In this document: positions 23,531 through 37,800 of the stretch, in pieces
Numbering within the stretch: position 1 is the stretch's first letter
Layout: every line of letters begins with the position of its first letter
Source of the DNA: Octopus bimaculoides
Taxonomy: Eukaryota
Direction of reading: 5' to 3'
Length of the DNA: 64,000 nucleotides
NCBI RefSeq assembly: GCF_001194135.2
Contig: NC_068981.1
Coordinates: forward strand, 188,780,987 to 188,844,986
The notes under the pieces: model-generated
Told to the model about the DNA's origin: nothing
Seen by the model: only the letters and a program-made list of their open reading frames with translations
Databases searched by the model: none
Program-made: the position numbers and the translations under genes

Positions 23531-25236
23531 TATAACTATTGTAAATACCTCAAACTATTGTAAATATTATTTTTTACATGAGTCTTCTTGTGTCTAGTAG
23601 CATAAGCATTAGTGAGCATTTCTGTAGCTAAGCTTAAGCAAGAATTATATAGCTTAGTTTAAACTATCAAGTTTGTGTAGATTGAAATTGTTTGTAAGTA
23701 AAAACATTTTCTTTTTCTCACATTTATTCAATAATTAAAAAAGGATGTTGTTTTGCAAACAGACTTGTTTCTTGTTGTTCTGTAATCTATAATGAATATG
23801 AATAACTAGATTGTTTTCATATTTAATGAGTATATTGCAACAGAAGCATTTCTCATTTCCTTCTGCAACATCGAAGAACTTGAATTCTTTATAAGCCTAG
23901 TACTTATTCTGTTGGTCTCTTATGCCGAACTGCTAAGTTACGGGGACATAAACACACCAGCATCAGTTGTCAAGCAATGATGGGGAGACAAACGCAGACA
24001 CACACACACACACATATTAAAATTAATTTGTGAAGGTGTCATTAATTTTATTATCATCCAATGTAACTATTTTAAGAATGATAATAACAGAATCAATGAC
24101 ACAGGCGACAGCAGGCCAAAAATAGCATTAAATAGCCGAGGGATTAAAATTAATCAAAAAGGATATACTAAGTACGTCTATCTGCTTGAAATAACAGTCA
24201 AAACTCATTATTAAATCGCCAAAAATACACTGGTGATAACTACAGAAATCAAACGAGGGCAAATTCGGTTAAGACAATCTACTTACATACATTTAAGTAT
24301 TTGGATTCACGTAGACTAGTTTTTGCACTGGCAAAATAAGCCTTAGCTTCTTCAGCACATATATATAAAATTTAGGTTCAGGTGAATATGGTACTTAAGT
24401 TTAGGCGCCAGAATTTAGTATGGTATTATCTATACAGTTTCAAAATAAGGTGATTAAAGTCAAAATAAGCAACAAGGATATCCAAAGTTAATGCACTACG
24501 ATCGTTTCATGCGACTCCATTTAATTAAGCAATGTGAACATTACATCAAATATAAAATGCAGAGCAATCCTCAGCTGCACAAAGATATATTGGTGTTGTG
24601 TGTGACTCTGAACATATTTAAAAAAAAACCCACTGAATCTATTGATGGATGTTGCAATTATTTCTGTATGTATGTGTTTTTGATACTTGTCCAGACGAGT
24701 AAGAATCATAGTGCTTGTAAAATGTCATTGTAGTAGTAACCAGCAATGATGTATATGTGTCATGGAGGTGGTTCTTCATACAGTGACAAGAACGGAAGGG
24801 GTTGAGGCATGTGGTTACAAGAAAATGTTACAAGTCAAGGCGATTTTTCAGTTTTTCAGTATTCCTTTTATATTATGCAGGCAGTCTATGTGCTGTATGC
24901 CTGGTTGTTTTGTTAGTGTGATTTTAATAATGTTTCTTTGGCTTATTACATTAACAAAAATTCAAGAAAGTGTTTTCAGTGTTATATTATAGAAAGTTTA
25001 GGTTATTGTGTATGTGTTGAATTTAATTTTGTACATCTTTATGAATAAAAAACATGTTTATAAATGAATTCTGTGAAAGTCTGTGATGTCAGGAATATCA
25101 AAAACAGAGCTTCTTGCTTGATTTTCTAATATTGTTGTCTTTGTCATTAGAATTGCAAAGTTGTTCAACTTTCTGTAATATCTGCAAACATGACTGAATT
25201 TTGAGGTATAAGAACCTGTTACATTATGAGTTTTAG

Positions 25237-25277
25237 CTTCCATCTTTCAACAATATTTGCTTCTTGAGTTAGGAGAG
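25237..25277 (-). pseudogene. Possible RTE-type LINE remnant
   Basis: LLTQEANIVERWK resembles the LLT....I.ERW linker motif of RTE elements; very short. Confidence 0.2.
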
Positions 25278-25500
25278 AATTTCACATGAACTGAAATTTC
25301 GTTCTTTGATTGGTATTAAAGTCATGACCATCCTGCCTTCTTTTCCATTATATCTGGTATAATCTATTTTGAAGGTAGTAATGTAGTATTTTAAGGAAAA
25401 TTTGGCTACCATTCCTTGCTGGTCAACCAGCTGTATGGAGGCATATTTACTCACACAAGACATCAAAGTGAACTGAGGCAGTGTTGTAAAAGTCTGTCAG

Positions 25501-25610
25501 GGGCCACCAAAAGGATGCTTGAAGGCTGCCAAAAGGTTGCTTGAGGGCCATAAGAAGGATGCATGAGGGCTGCCAAAAGGTTGCTTGAGGGCTGCCAAAA
25601 GGATGCTTGA
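25501..25610. repeat. 22-bp minisatellite, five units
   Basis: Unit gggc(c/t)(a/g)ccaaaagg(a/t)tgcttga repeated five times with substitutions. Confidence 0.9.
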
Positions 25611-27680
25611 GGGCCGCATCTGGCTCTAGAAAGTGCTGTTGAGAACTACTGCATTTAAAGGGTTTCTTATATTAGAGTTGTATCAAGCTAATGTGTATTC
25701 CTACAACGATGTTCTTTGCAGACAAAATTCAAGAAAAAGCATCATTTCACAGTGGGATTTATCTTATGTAATCCATAACAATGGAAATTTCTCTGTAATT
25801 GTTGTTCCTGCTCACTCTATTATCAGACTATTTTTTATTTTTCGTTTTCCAAACTAATCAGACTTTTAGATATGACACAGTTCCAATTAAGTTCCTCTTT
25901 CCATTATATCAATATGCTTTCCACAATTTTTTGTGTAGGGGTGAGCTGGGGTTATCAAAGTTCCATTTGTTCTTGTTTTTGTTGTTCTCTTCGTTTTGTT
26001 ATCAGTTTATTATTTTGATGCAGTAAAATGCAATAATATAAGCAATTAGGATGTTATAGGCAACTCTCTGAGTAGATATCATTTAAAAAGCAGAAAAAAA
26101 AAAAATATTGAGTTTCTATTTTTGTAGTCATCTTACCAAATAACAATAAAATGTATTTTCTCTATAAATGAGACGCAATGCAAAGAAATCAGAGTTGCTG
26201 ATGTCCATGCCATGGAGAGAACAATAAAACCATTTTTAGTGAAATATAATTATTATTCTGTCTCAAAAAGTAGTTTCCTTATATTTTTTTAACTTGGAAA
26301 TGCTGAACATCGTCTGTTAAAATGTAATTAATTTTCAAAGTTTCAAATAGACTCTATTTGCTTTCTTTATCTTTTTTTTTTTTTAATGTATGTCATAAAA
26401 TTAAAATGACTCACCCAAGAAATTAAATTAAGTTGTGTGTGTGTGTATAGTTGGTTAGTAATTTATTTTGATGTATTGTGCAGAAACGAAGATGTTATTG
26501 AAATAAGAAATGAGCAACGTGCAAGAAGAACTTTTTTTAACTTCGACCATTTTTGTCTGTCTCTAATATTGTTGTATATCCACTTAGGATAAATGCAGAA
26601 GAGCAGAAAGATTAAGAAGCTTACTTTGCAATCTCAAGGCCTTGCGTTTGATTCCACAGCATGGCACCATTGGTAAAGTCATTTTTATAGCCTCATGTGG
26701 ACCCTTACTTTGTCAGTGAACTGGATAGATGGAAACTGTACTGAAGCCCAAAGATGGATTGGATTTTATTCATAATTCAAAGGTACAGCCTTGTCATACT
26801 GAGTCACACTAATTCAACATCATCGTTTTTACATCCACTGTTCCATGCTTGCATGGGTCAAACAGAATTTGTTGAGGCAAATTTTCTCTGGCTGTACGTC
26901 CTTCCTGCTGTCATCCCACACCTGATTTCAAGTAAGGGAATGCTTCCCCATAGCCAGACATGTTTTCGTGGAAGATTGGAAGTGGATGACTCTGCTTGTA
27001 TGATGGTCTCACTTGTTTGCAACTAAGAGACAGTACGACACACATACATTACCATGGGCTTCTTTTAGTTTCTCTCTATGAAGTCCACTCTCAAGGCTTT
27101 GGTTGGCCTGGGTTATGGCAGAGGACACTTGCCAAAGGTGTCACATGCACAGTGGGATGTATCTGGAATCATGTGATTTCAAATTCAACTTCTTACCATG
27201 TAACCACACCTGACAATTATATTAACAATATACATGTATCTAATGAACGCTCTACTGTTTGCACAATTCAATGAGCAGGTGTTTCATTGAATTGAATACC
27301 TGAATGCTCATCATTGGTCAACATTAATCCATCAATCAAGCTGCTCAGTTGTGACATGCTTATGTTGAAATTGAACCATTTCTTGTTATATTATTAAAGA
27401 ATACAGCCACTGTATCTTACTATACAACTATATTCTGGATTTTAATTTTATGTAAAAAGCATTGGTCATGGTGCCACATTAAAAGCACCCAGTACACTCT
27501 GTAAAGTGGTTTGGTATTGGGAAGGGCATCCAGCTATAGAAACCATACCAAAAACGGACTATGGAAGCTGGTGCATCTCCTGGCCTTGCCAGCTCCTGTC
27601 AAACTATCCAACCCATACCAGCATGGAAAACAGGCATTAAATGATGATGAAACTAGTTTTCAAAATTATCAAAAAATTAC

Positions 27681-27715
<35 letters not shown>

Positions 27716-28792
27716 ACGTACTGTTTCTGTTTTAGTGTAAAAAAATATACAACAATATAAAATCAATGTTTGACACTTAACACTGAAAATGTGTAGAATC
27801 TGTTAATGTATATGCGACTGTTTTGTGACAAAGAATTCAGATCCATACCTTGGATATCTTGCAGCCCACTTCATGTGGAAATGATAGTTCTCTCACTGAG
27901 TTCTATACTGATAGTTGCTATAACTACACACAGTTGTATACAGATATTCAATATTATAAATCTTTCAGAAAAATTTAGCTTTTCATTTGTCTAGTAGCAA
28001 CATTCTTCATAAAATATTTGTATTGCATTGAGAATGGCTTCTCCTGGTAAATTTTTTGAACACTTTCAATTAATTTCAATATTTTACTTATTGTCTGGCA
28101 TATTTCTTTAGTTTCTCAATTTAGCTCAATGAAATTCACTTGGTAGTTAAACAGTAGTTGAAATATTTTTACTCAAGCCACTACAGACTACTTTCACATT
28201 AATAAAATTGTATTTCCATCCTTTAATGATGCCAAATATTATGATTTAGTAGGTATTAAGATATTTTCTTAATATCAATTATTGATTATTCTGAAGAAGA
28301 GGAAAGAACATATCTCACAGACTTTGCCACTCTTCATAAAGTAATACGTGGCTTCTATAACTAATATATCGATAACTGGGTAAGATTAATTCAGTTAAAA
28401 GTTCAGTCTGGTGTCTTATAAATTGGTAAATAGAATAAAGTATTTGACAAATTATTTAGTACAGGTCCAAGGGTAGGATAGAGAAGAAGAGTGATTGTAT
28501 AAAATGAATTTAGGTAACAGGGTATGTAAAGCCAACAGGTTCAGAAAAACAAATTAATGATTGTGGCACTGTATTGCATAACGATAACTGATCGCACTTA
28601 ATTGATTAATTAAAGTTGTGAACACTGACTGTAGCTGTGGACAATAATTTTAATCATGTATGCATACATGTGCAAATGTGCGTGTGCATGCGTTTAGTCC
28701 CAATGTGTGGCACCTTGGGCACCTGCCTTCTATTGTAACCTCATAGTGACTAGTACTTCGTGAGTGGAATTTTGAAGATGGAAGCTGTGCAG

Positions 28793-28798
<6 letters not shown>

Positions 28799-28872
<74 letters not shown>
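28799..28872. repeat. Perfect (TG)n microsatellite
   Basis: Uninterrupted TG run at the end of a family A head remnant. Confidence 0.95.
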
Positions 28873-28874
<2 letters not shown>

Positions 28875-29059
28875 TATAAAATATTTACGTAGCTGACTGG
28901 TTTCACTTGTGCTGGTTGTAATTAAGAAATTAATGATAATGTTACAATTTCATACTATCATAAGAAGTTTTCATTCCATGTTAGTAGGAAAAAGGATGTG
29001 TGTCTCTATCTGTATTTATGTTTATACCTGACTAAAATCCTGTTGTGTACTTTTATTTC

Positions 29060-29365
29060 GGAAAAAGCACCACCTGAATGTGGCCGATGCCAGCACTGCT
29101 TTGACTGGCTTCTGTGCTGGTGGCATGTAAAAAGCACAATTTGATGGTGCTCGATGCCAGCCCTCTCTGGCTCCTGTGCCAGTGGCATGTAAAAAAGCAT
29201 CCACTACACTCTCGGAATGGTTGGCATTAGGAAGGGCATCCGGCTGTAGAAACACTGCCAGATCAGACTGGAGCCTGGTGCAGCCCTCTGGCTTCCCAGA
29301 CCCCAGTCGAACCGTCCAACCCATGCCAGCATGGAAAACGGACGTTAAATGATGATGATGATGAG
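29060..29365 (+). mobile_element. SINE family C with two internal about-66-bp units
   Basis: gccagcactgctttgactggc...aaaaagcac units followed by the RTE-like tail and (gat)n. Confidence 0.85.
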
Positions 29366-29765
29366 TGAAGGTGAGATGAGAAAAGTTAGTTGCATGAAGT
29401 GAATTTATATAACAGAGCTTACATTTCCAGCAATTCCATACGAGCAAAGATTATTGGAGTAGCTGACATAGTTCAATGACAGACAAATAAATATCGAGTA
29501 ACTGAAAACTTGAAAGAATATGGGATATATTACTTTACCACGAGAAAGTATAGGAGTTTTAGAAGAACCCTTTGTCAGAACACTTGTTTCTTTAGATTTT
29601 ATAGTTTTACTCTCAAACTGATAGGCTTAACTTTTGGATACATTTGACACAAGTACTCTGGTATATGGGTGCATCTGCTATCGTTTTGAGTCATTTTGAC
29701 TGCACCCTTCATTATTGGTATGTGTGTGTGTGTGTGCATGTGTGTGTGTGTGGGCATGCCCTTAA

Positions 29766-29987
29766 CCCTTTCGAACCCAACCTGGCTGAAACTGCCTCTG
29801 GCTCTGTAGTACAAATGTCTTGTTTCCATAAGTTTTGAATTAAAATCTTCCACCAAACCTTAGTCACAATTTATGTTCCTAACACTAGCTTAATGATAAC
29901 TAAGTTATTTTACTAAATTCTTTGTTATATTTAAAATTAACTGAAAGAAACACAGAGCATCTCAAAATAAATACAGTAATGGAAGGG
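29766..29987. mobile_element. TTAA-specific (piggyBac-type) MITE
   Basis: TTAA|CCCTTTC...GGAAGGG|TTAA; related older copy in opposite orientation at 36515-36741. Confidence 0.8.
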
Positions 29988-31771
29988 TTAATGTAGTTCT
30001 CAGCGTGACACATAGCGTGACACAGAATGTGACAAGACTGGTCCTCTGAAATACAAGTACAGCTCATTTTTGCCAGCTGAGTGGAATGAAGCAACATGAA
30101 ATAGAGTGTCTTGCTCAAGGACAAAAAGTGTCGTTGATTATTGAACTCTTGACGTAATGAGTGTGAGCCAAAACCACTAAACCACACACCATCACACACT
30201 ATGCTGCTGTAAAAGTTCGACTTATGCAGAAATGGTTATGGTAAAAGATATTTGTCCAAAGTTTTCCACAGTGGAATCAAACTCAGAATGAGTTGGTTGT
30301 GAAATAAACTTCTTAACCACCTCGTCATTCTTGCACCCGTCAGCATTTTCCCTTTGATCAAGTTATTGGTAAATTACCAATTTAGCATATACTGTCTTCC
30401 AAAGTATTATTGATAAGAAAACTCAATATTCAAAATTTCCATTAAGAAGCTGTAAAAAGGCACTAAACTCCACTTTATACGCACAGTGACATTTATTTCA
30501 AAAATAATCAATCCAGTAACCTTTAATTATTATTGGTTTATAACCTCATTTAAAATTTTGCTTTGAAAACTTTGAAGGATCATATTTCTAAATTAGTTCG
30601 TCAAAACACAATCATCAAAATTATTGGGGCGGTTTAAACCTTGTATAGGCAAAACATTGTTGTGATTATTCTATCTTATTTTACAATATATATCAGTGAA
30701 GTTTCTATAATAGCCAAACATTTTAATTACAATAGAGCATTTAAAAGATATAATACATTACATTCTGTGAATAATACCATGATAAAAGTAATGCACACTG
30801 CAAAGCAATTTATAATCAAAAAATAAATGGGCAATATTAGTTTTAGATTTACTATAGCCCTTGCATGTTTATTCCAGCTCTATGAACTGAATAATCAATA
30901 AAAGTCAATCAACATGTTGGCAACATCTTCTGTATTACTTGTATGTGACAAGTAATCCCTCTTTACCAATTCAATGAGCAGATAGCATCAGTAATCTAGG
31001 ATACCAACCACATCCATCTTTAGTTACTTGCTTTACTTAATGTGTAATTTTGAATGGCTATTTCGTGGATATTGAAGAGATTTTCTAAATTTAGCTTCGG
31101 CGATGATAGAAATAATCTGTAGATATATGTAAATGGTTTCCACTTGTATGTAATATTTAACAAAGGAAGTAGTTTTCTAGTAAAGTTTCATTTGTTCAGT
31201 TTTTTGTTTTTTTTCCTAAAAAAATCTATTTTCTTTTTATTTCTATTTCTTGGGGAAACAATAATTTGTGTTGCTGGTTGGCTGAATTTTGTGACATTCT
31301 ACATGAAATGTTTTGGTTTCAGTTTAATATGTTGGTACTTTGAAATACAAAAGGGGGACATTCATCATTTCACCAGTAAAGTAATGTTCATCTGCTTAGG
31401 TATCAAGATTAAATTTCTTTCTCAATTTAATTAAATATGTTGCTTTGACTTAGTGTTAAAATGCATATATATATATATATATATATACATACATATATAT
31501 AAAATACAAAAATAGGACAAGAACACAAAACATCCAGACAGTTAGGTGATACAAAAAAGGGACAACAAAACATCCAGACAGACGATACAAAGAAGCCAGA
31601 CCGATAGAATAAGTACTAGGCTTACAAAGAATAAGTCCTGGAGTCCATTTGCTCGACTAAAGGCAGTGCTCCAGCATGGCCACAGTCAAAGAATAAGAGA
31701 ATATATATATACTCTCATACATACAAGTGTAGTGTAGGTTCTGATAGGGTAGAAAATCAGTTTATTTCCAG

Positions 31772-31860
31772 AGGAGCCCTCCATTTGAACCCCTGGCTAT
31801 CTACACTTTTGAACTGGAACCTCAAGGAAAACTTAAAGTTCACTGGTGCAGAAATTCCAG
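31772..31860 (+). CDS. Weak exon candidate (RSPPFEPLAIYTFELEPQGKLKVHWCRNS or GALHLNPWLSTLLNWNLKENLKFTGAEIP)
   Basis: tttatttccag acceptor, CAG|gtacac donor (alternative CTG|gtaaag after 31871); two frames open; GC above background. Confidence 0.2.
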
Positions 31861-32159
31861 GTACACCACTGGTAAAGGCAATGTGTGAGTATAACAAAGG
31901 GTATCATGTAACGAAATTAAGAGGACAAAGAATGAATTTAGCATATCTTTAATCATTAGTTACAATTGTTTCCGTCTCACTTCGTTTCTAACACCATTGT
32001 AGTTAAATAATTTTGCGTGGAAAGTTACACAATACTGCTGATTATATTGAAGTGACACTTTATCACACTGCAGAGAGAGTGAGAGAAAGAGCATGTGTAT
32101 CTTTATCTTCTATCCTTTACTTATTTCAGTTGTTAAATTTTTAGTCAAATGATTCATAT

Positions 32160-32430
32160 TCCATCAGACCCTTTTGCTGAACCACTAAGTTATGGGGAAA
32201 TAAACATACCAATACTGGTTGCCAAACAGTGGTGGAGGACAAACAGACACACATAATCCCTGGCAAGTAAAAGCACCCACTACACTCTCGGAGTGGTTGG
32301 CGTTAGGAAGGGCATCCAGCTGTAGAAACTCTGCCAAATCAGATTGGAGCCTGGTTCGCCAGTCCTCGGTCAAATGGTCCAATCCATGCTAGCATGGAAA
32401 GCGGACGTTAAACGATGATGATGATGATAC

Positions 32431-32468
<38 letters not shown>

Positions 32469-32848
32469 GGAGGCTTCTTTCAGTTTCCCTCTACCAAATC
32501 CACTCACAAGGCTTTAGTAGGAGACACTTGCTCGTGGTGCCACACAATGGGACTGAACCTGGAACCATGTGGTTGGGAAGCAAGCTTCTTATTTCTTTAT
32601 TGTCCACAAGGGGCTAAACATAGAAGGGACAAACAAGGACAAACAAAGGGATTAAGTCGATTACATCAACCCCGGTGCGTAACTGGTACTTAATTTATCG
32701 ACCCTGAAAGGATGAAAGGTAAGGTTGACCTCGGCAGAATTTGAACTCAGAACGTAACGGCAGACAAAATACAGATAAGCATTTCGCCTGGCATGCTAAC
32801 GTTTCTGCCAGTTGGCACCTTCTTACCACATAACCATGCCTGCACCTA
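32160..32848. mobile_element. Nested SINE complex: family A (-) invaded by family C (+, 32270-32430) and family B (-, 32591-32818)
   Basis: The family A head resumes after B; cttctt is duplicated at 32585-90 and 32819-24. Confidence 0.8.
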
Positions 32849-34636
32849 TCTTCATTAGTTTTAAAGTTAAATTCTTGATGACAAAGCAGAGAGGTTAGAC
32901 TGCCCTGGCATGTTTACACACTGCATGAAAGCTTTGCTTGTTTGATCAATTAGCATGCAACTTTTGGAAGAGATTTAGAAGAGACATTAGCGTTATTTTA
33001 CAGAAACTATGTACCAAAACTATGAAAATTGAGGGGTGGGGGGGGGGTTGTATTCTTGCGTTTTTTTTTGCCTACTTGTCACAAGAAGCTGGCTTAAGTT
33101 CAAAACATTTTGAGTCTGGAGAAAATATCAGTTGACACCTCCCACTTGCATTTACATCATATTCTGACAGGAAACCAAGAATGATCTTACAGTTTTACCA
33201 TTCTTGCAGTAACCCATATGAAAAGAGTAAACCACATACTTAAATGATGAAGAGAAAAATACATTGCAGTGAAATAGCAATTCTATTTCATCTCTTCTTC
33301 TCCTTTTTTCTTCTTTATCTCAGTTTTGTATGTAACCACCCCCACACAAATTGTAAATACTCCTTATGTTCCACTCATGAGATGCCCCTGTGGTAAATAA
33401 AAGAAATCAACATCATCATTATTGAGGCAGTAATGCTTAGCGGTATTTTGCCTGTCACTACGTTTCGAGTTCAAATCCCACTGAGGCCGACTTTGCTGTT
33501 TATCCTTTTGGGATAGATAAATTAAGAACCAGTTGAGTACTGGGGTCGATGTAATCGTCTTTCCCTCCTCCCCACAGATTCCAGGCCTTGTACCTATAGT
33601 AGAAAGTATTAGTAAAGCAGTGATATGGCAGAATCTTTAGCAAACGGGGCAAAAGGCTTAGCCCCTTAACCAAAATTTCAAGCCTTGTGTCTATAACAGA
33701 AAGAAGTCTTTGTATTGTCACCATCATTATTATTGTTAGCAGCAGGAGTAGCAATTGTAATAGTAGTAGTAGTAGTAGTAGTAGTAATAGTAGAAGAAGA
33801 AGAAGAAGAAGAAGAAGGATTGTATGACTGAAGACTGTTACCCAGATTAGCATGTGATATCTTTCTAGTTATAACATCCATTTAGCTATAGTTAACAACT
33901 ATATTTTATTAGATACCAATCAAAATATATTTAATACTTTCATTTTACACCATTTTTTGTGAACAAAAGCATCATTGGTCGCAAGTTTCCAATGCACCAA
34001 TCACCAGTCCACAAGACTCACAACGGTGAGACTGACAAGGAACCATCTGTGCAATAAAGTATTTCCCAAAAGCAGCAGTGTATTCTTTTCTCCACAGTTG
34101 TACAGTATCAGTACTGCTTTATGCTGTTTTGAAAACACTTCTAATCAGTAGAGATACTCACAGGCTACTAAGTTTTGATTATCCTCCATATTTCGTCAGT
34201 ATCTCTAGCCATATTTTAGTTAATACAATATAAACAAGTTCAATGCTGAATTTGATGAGACGTCAAATCTGTTTAGATGAATAGCACGGTGTATTTATTA
34301 TCTTTTATGAGAACCTTCATTTGCATATCTGACAGGAAATTTGGTAAGAAGATAGCTTGAGATTTAAAAGAACTACATAACCATTGGCAATTATCGACTT
34401 TAAACAACTAAATTTGAAACTCTGCAAGGCTATCATAGAACTGGCTATCTAAATAAAGTTGCAGAAAAAATTCAAAGGTTTCACAAAATCCATAAGATTG
34501 GAATTTGAAATCTTTTGCTAAGAGTTATATAATGATGCACACACAGATTTGCATGAGTGAAATTATAGCCATTTTGTTTAACACTTACAGGTCTTCCATA
34601 TATGTATGCTTGTCTGTATTTCTTTCCTATTCATAG

Positions 34637-34807
34637 ATTATGTTATTCTAATACCTCTCCATTGAAGGCTGAGTCAAAGGATAGGAGTTACAACCAGACA
34701 AAATTTTTAAGCGATTTAAATGCACAAGTCTCCAGTATCCAAATGGTTAAAAAGTTTCAGTTTCACCCAGGAGCCATGACCTGGATATGTCCCTGGCCCC
34801 TTAGAGT
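34637..34807 (+). CDS. Weak 171-nt exon candidate (phase 2-2)
   Basis: tatttctttcctattcatag acceptor, GT|gtaaga donor, open frame LCYSNTSPLKAESKDRSYNQTKFLSDLNAQVSSIQM... Confidence 0.2.
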
Positions 34808-37800
34808 GTAAGAAGTTAAAGGCTGAAATAGTTGCTTACAGGGAAAGTCCCTTCTCTGAAGACCTTCTGCTGTTTAGCTCCCTTGACTGTTCCTTAACAT
34901 CGTCTCTCTTAGAAATAATCAGATGATTTAAAATTTTAGCTTATCTTTTAGGGAGCTGGAATTAAGCATTGAATTCATTGAGGCATTCGAGTGTTTGTTG
35001 TGGCTCTCTGCACTTGTAGCTCAAATCTTTCCTGTGTCAACTTTGTTTTGCATCCTTTCAGGTTCAGTAAAGTAAAGAACAGGCTGGTAAACTAGTGGAG
35101 TTGTTAAAGAACCAGATGAAATGCCTTGTGACACTTGTTCTGGCTCTTTGCATTGTGAGTTCTTGAGTTGTAGACACAATCTATTGTCCAGTTTAACACC
35201 ATCAGCTGGAGTGATGGTATTTGATGGTCTGTAGTGGAGTTTACTCCATTGTAAACATTCAGGCTAAGGCTCTGATTTGAGGATAACTTCCTATCTTCCT
35301 CCCACCAGTCTCAGAGACCATGAAAACCCAAAGGATCACAAGTACTGTCCTTCTCTCCTTGACTAAGCATTAAAAACAAAAAGAATCCTTCAGATCTTTA
35401 TTGCTATCCTTTTATTGTAACAGTTCAAAGCTATGGAGTTTCTTGCGTCACAGATCATAGCTACAGTAGTTCTGTTATCAGAAAACAGTTATGGTTGTCC
35501 TGCTGTGATAGGTAATAAATATACTGTTTCTATTGTAACAGAATACAGCTCTAGGGTTTTTACTGTATCAGAATACAGTTCCAACATTTCTATTGTTAAC
35601 AGTGTTTTCTTGTAAAACATGCTTTAATGAGCATATTGAGAATATATATGTATTTTTATGAAATAATCACAACAAAATCTAAATCGGTGTGTATTTATTT
35701 AAACATATTTGTTTTACTTTTACTTCAAATTTCTAATTTGTCTTTTGAAATACACATTTGTCTCTTTATTTCTTTTTAACAAATTATTTATAGATAAATT
35801 GTTTTCAAATTTTCAGAATATATTTATCCATATTTGTTTTATTTTAAACATTGTTGCACATAAAACTTCACTTTACACTATATTTAATGCTGATTTTTAT
35901 TGCTCCATTCTATTTGATGTTATTTTTATTCACTTTTGTTTTTTTAAATATACAGCATGTCTGGAAAACAGCTTAGACAATCAAAAAGTTAATGTTCAGT
36001 CTCATTTTATGCAAATATATACAAATGAAATGTCTATCTACTATTTTTGAACTCATGTCTAAAACATGAAAATTATTTCTCTAACTCATGCGACTATTTA
36101 AATGTCAGATAAGTTTATTGCAGATAACACTGTTCTCCAAGTTTGAACAAACAATAAACTACAAACAGAGTAAATATCAAATTTTGGTTGTTTACTACTT
36201 CACAAAATTTGTATTATGTTGGCTTTCTACAAAATCTAGTAAATATATGGCTGTCATTTATATATTTTCAATGGATTGTTAATATTAGTTTTACTCCTCA
36301 AAACTGCATTACATGTCTAGCTCAATTAGAATAGATTATAATTTTAGTAAAAAATTGCATAATTGTTTGAATCATGTTTATATGGAAAACTATCTGCAGA
36401 ATATTGGTGATGAAATAAGACAGTATTGAAGGCTAAATAATTAAGATTGCATATCAAAGAAACCATGGTTATAATTGACTCATATAAAGAGATGTCATGA
36501 ATAGTAATTTATGACCCCTTTTGTTACCATATTTCTACCTTTGTTTCATTCTACCTTTGTTTCAATCAATTTTTAAAATAGTGAAGAATTTAGTAAAATA
36601 ACTATGTCATTATTAAGCTGGTGTTTGAAATGTAAATTAACATGAGATTTCAAAGAAAGATTTTTCATTTAGATCACTTTGAAACAGGAAGTTTGTGTCA
36701 AAGAACCAGAGACAGCCTTAGGCAGGTTGTTATCAAAAGGGTTAATGTATTCATATTGTAAGGATAGTGGTAGTGGTGGTGGTGGGGATGGTTTCTTGTA
36801 GTATCTGTGAAAGATACATTTGTATCATGAGGTTGAAGTAAAGTTGAAGGATATGTATTTTGGCATAACAGGAATATAGTTTAACCATGTTATAACTGGA
36901 TATTTCTCAACCGTTTACTGTTCTCTTTGCACATTTTAAAAATATGCAAAACAAAGCAACATTATGTGTTCTAACAAGCAGCCTATCATCTTTCTTCACA
37001 AGCTTTCAATAGATTTTACATGTCCTATGTACCCTAGCTTTTCAAATTTAATATCCGACAATTTATATTATCCTCTCATTTGTATTGATTACTTATATAA
37101 TATACGTTGCCGTTGCCAGTACCGCTGGACTGGCCCTCGTGCCGGTGGCACGTAAAAAGCACCTACTACACTCTCGGAGTGGTTGGCTTTAGGAAGGGCA
37201 TCCAGCTGTAGAAACTCTGCCAAATCAGATCGGAGCCTGGTGTAGCCATCTGATTTGCCAGTCCTCAGTCAAATCGTCCAACCCATGCTAGCATGGAAAG
37301 CAGATGCTAAACGATGATGATGATGATGATGACAGTGCATAAATGCAGGAATGAAATCTGTTTAGGCAGTGCAGCCCCAGTCCAAAGTTTTTTTACAAAC
37401 AAGATAGATTTTTTCAGTCTTAATTTTAAAAACAAATACAGGTAAAATAATAATTATTATTTTAAAATTTGCACAGGAATCAAATAAGATAAATCCAATA
37501 AAAGAAAAGCGGTTCCAAGCCAGTCCAAAATGTTTCTACACTCATTTATTTTGGGGATGAAGATTTTCAGGAGGATTTAAAAATGTTTATATTGATCCCA
37601 CAAAATCTTAGGGATGTACCTGCTAATGCCCNNNNNNNNNNNNNNNNNNNNNNNNNNNNNNNNNNNNNNNNNNNNNNNNNNNNNNNNNNNNNNNNNNNNN
37701 NNNNNNNNNNNNNNNNNNNNNNNNNNNNNNNNNNNNNNNNNNNNNNNNNNNNNNNNNNNNNNNNNNNNNNNNNNNNNNNNNNNNNNNNNNNNNNNNNNNN

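Noticed and set aside
34161-34190. Minus-strand ATGGAGGATAATCAAAACTTAGTAGCCT|gtgagt (MEDNQNLVA), a possible first coding exon
   Set aside because: Only a donor and nine codons; no acceptor or promoter evidence.
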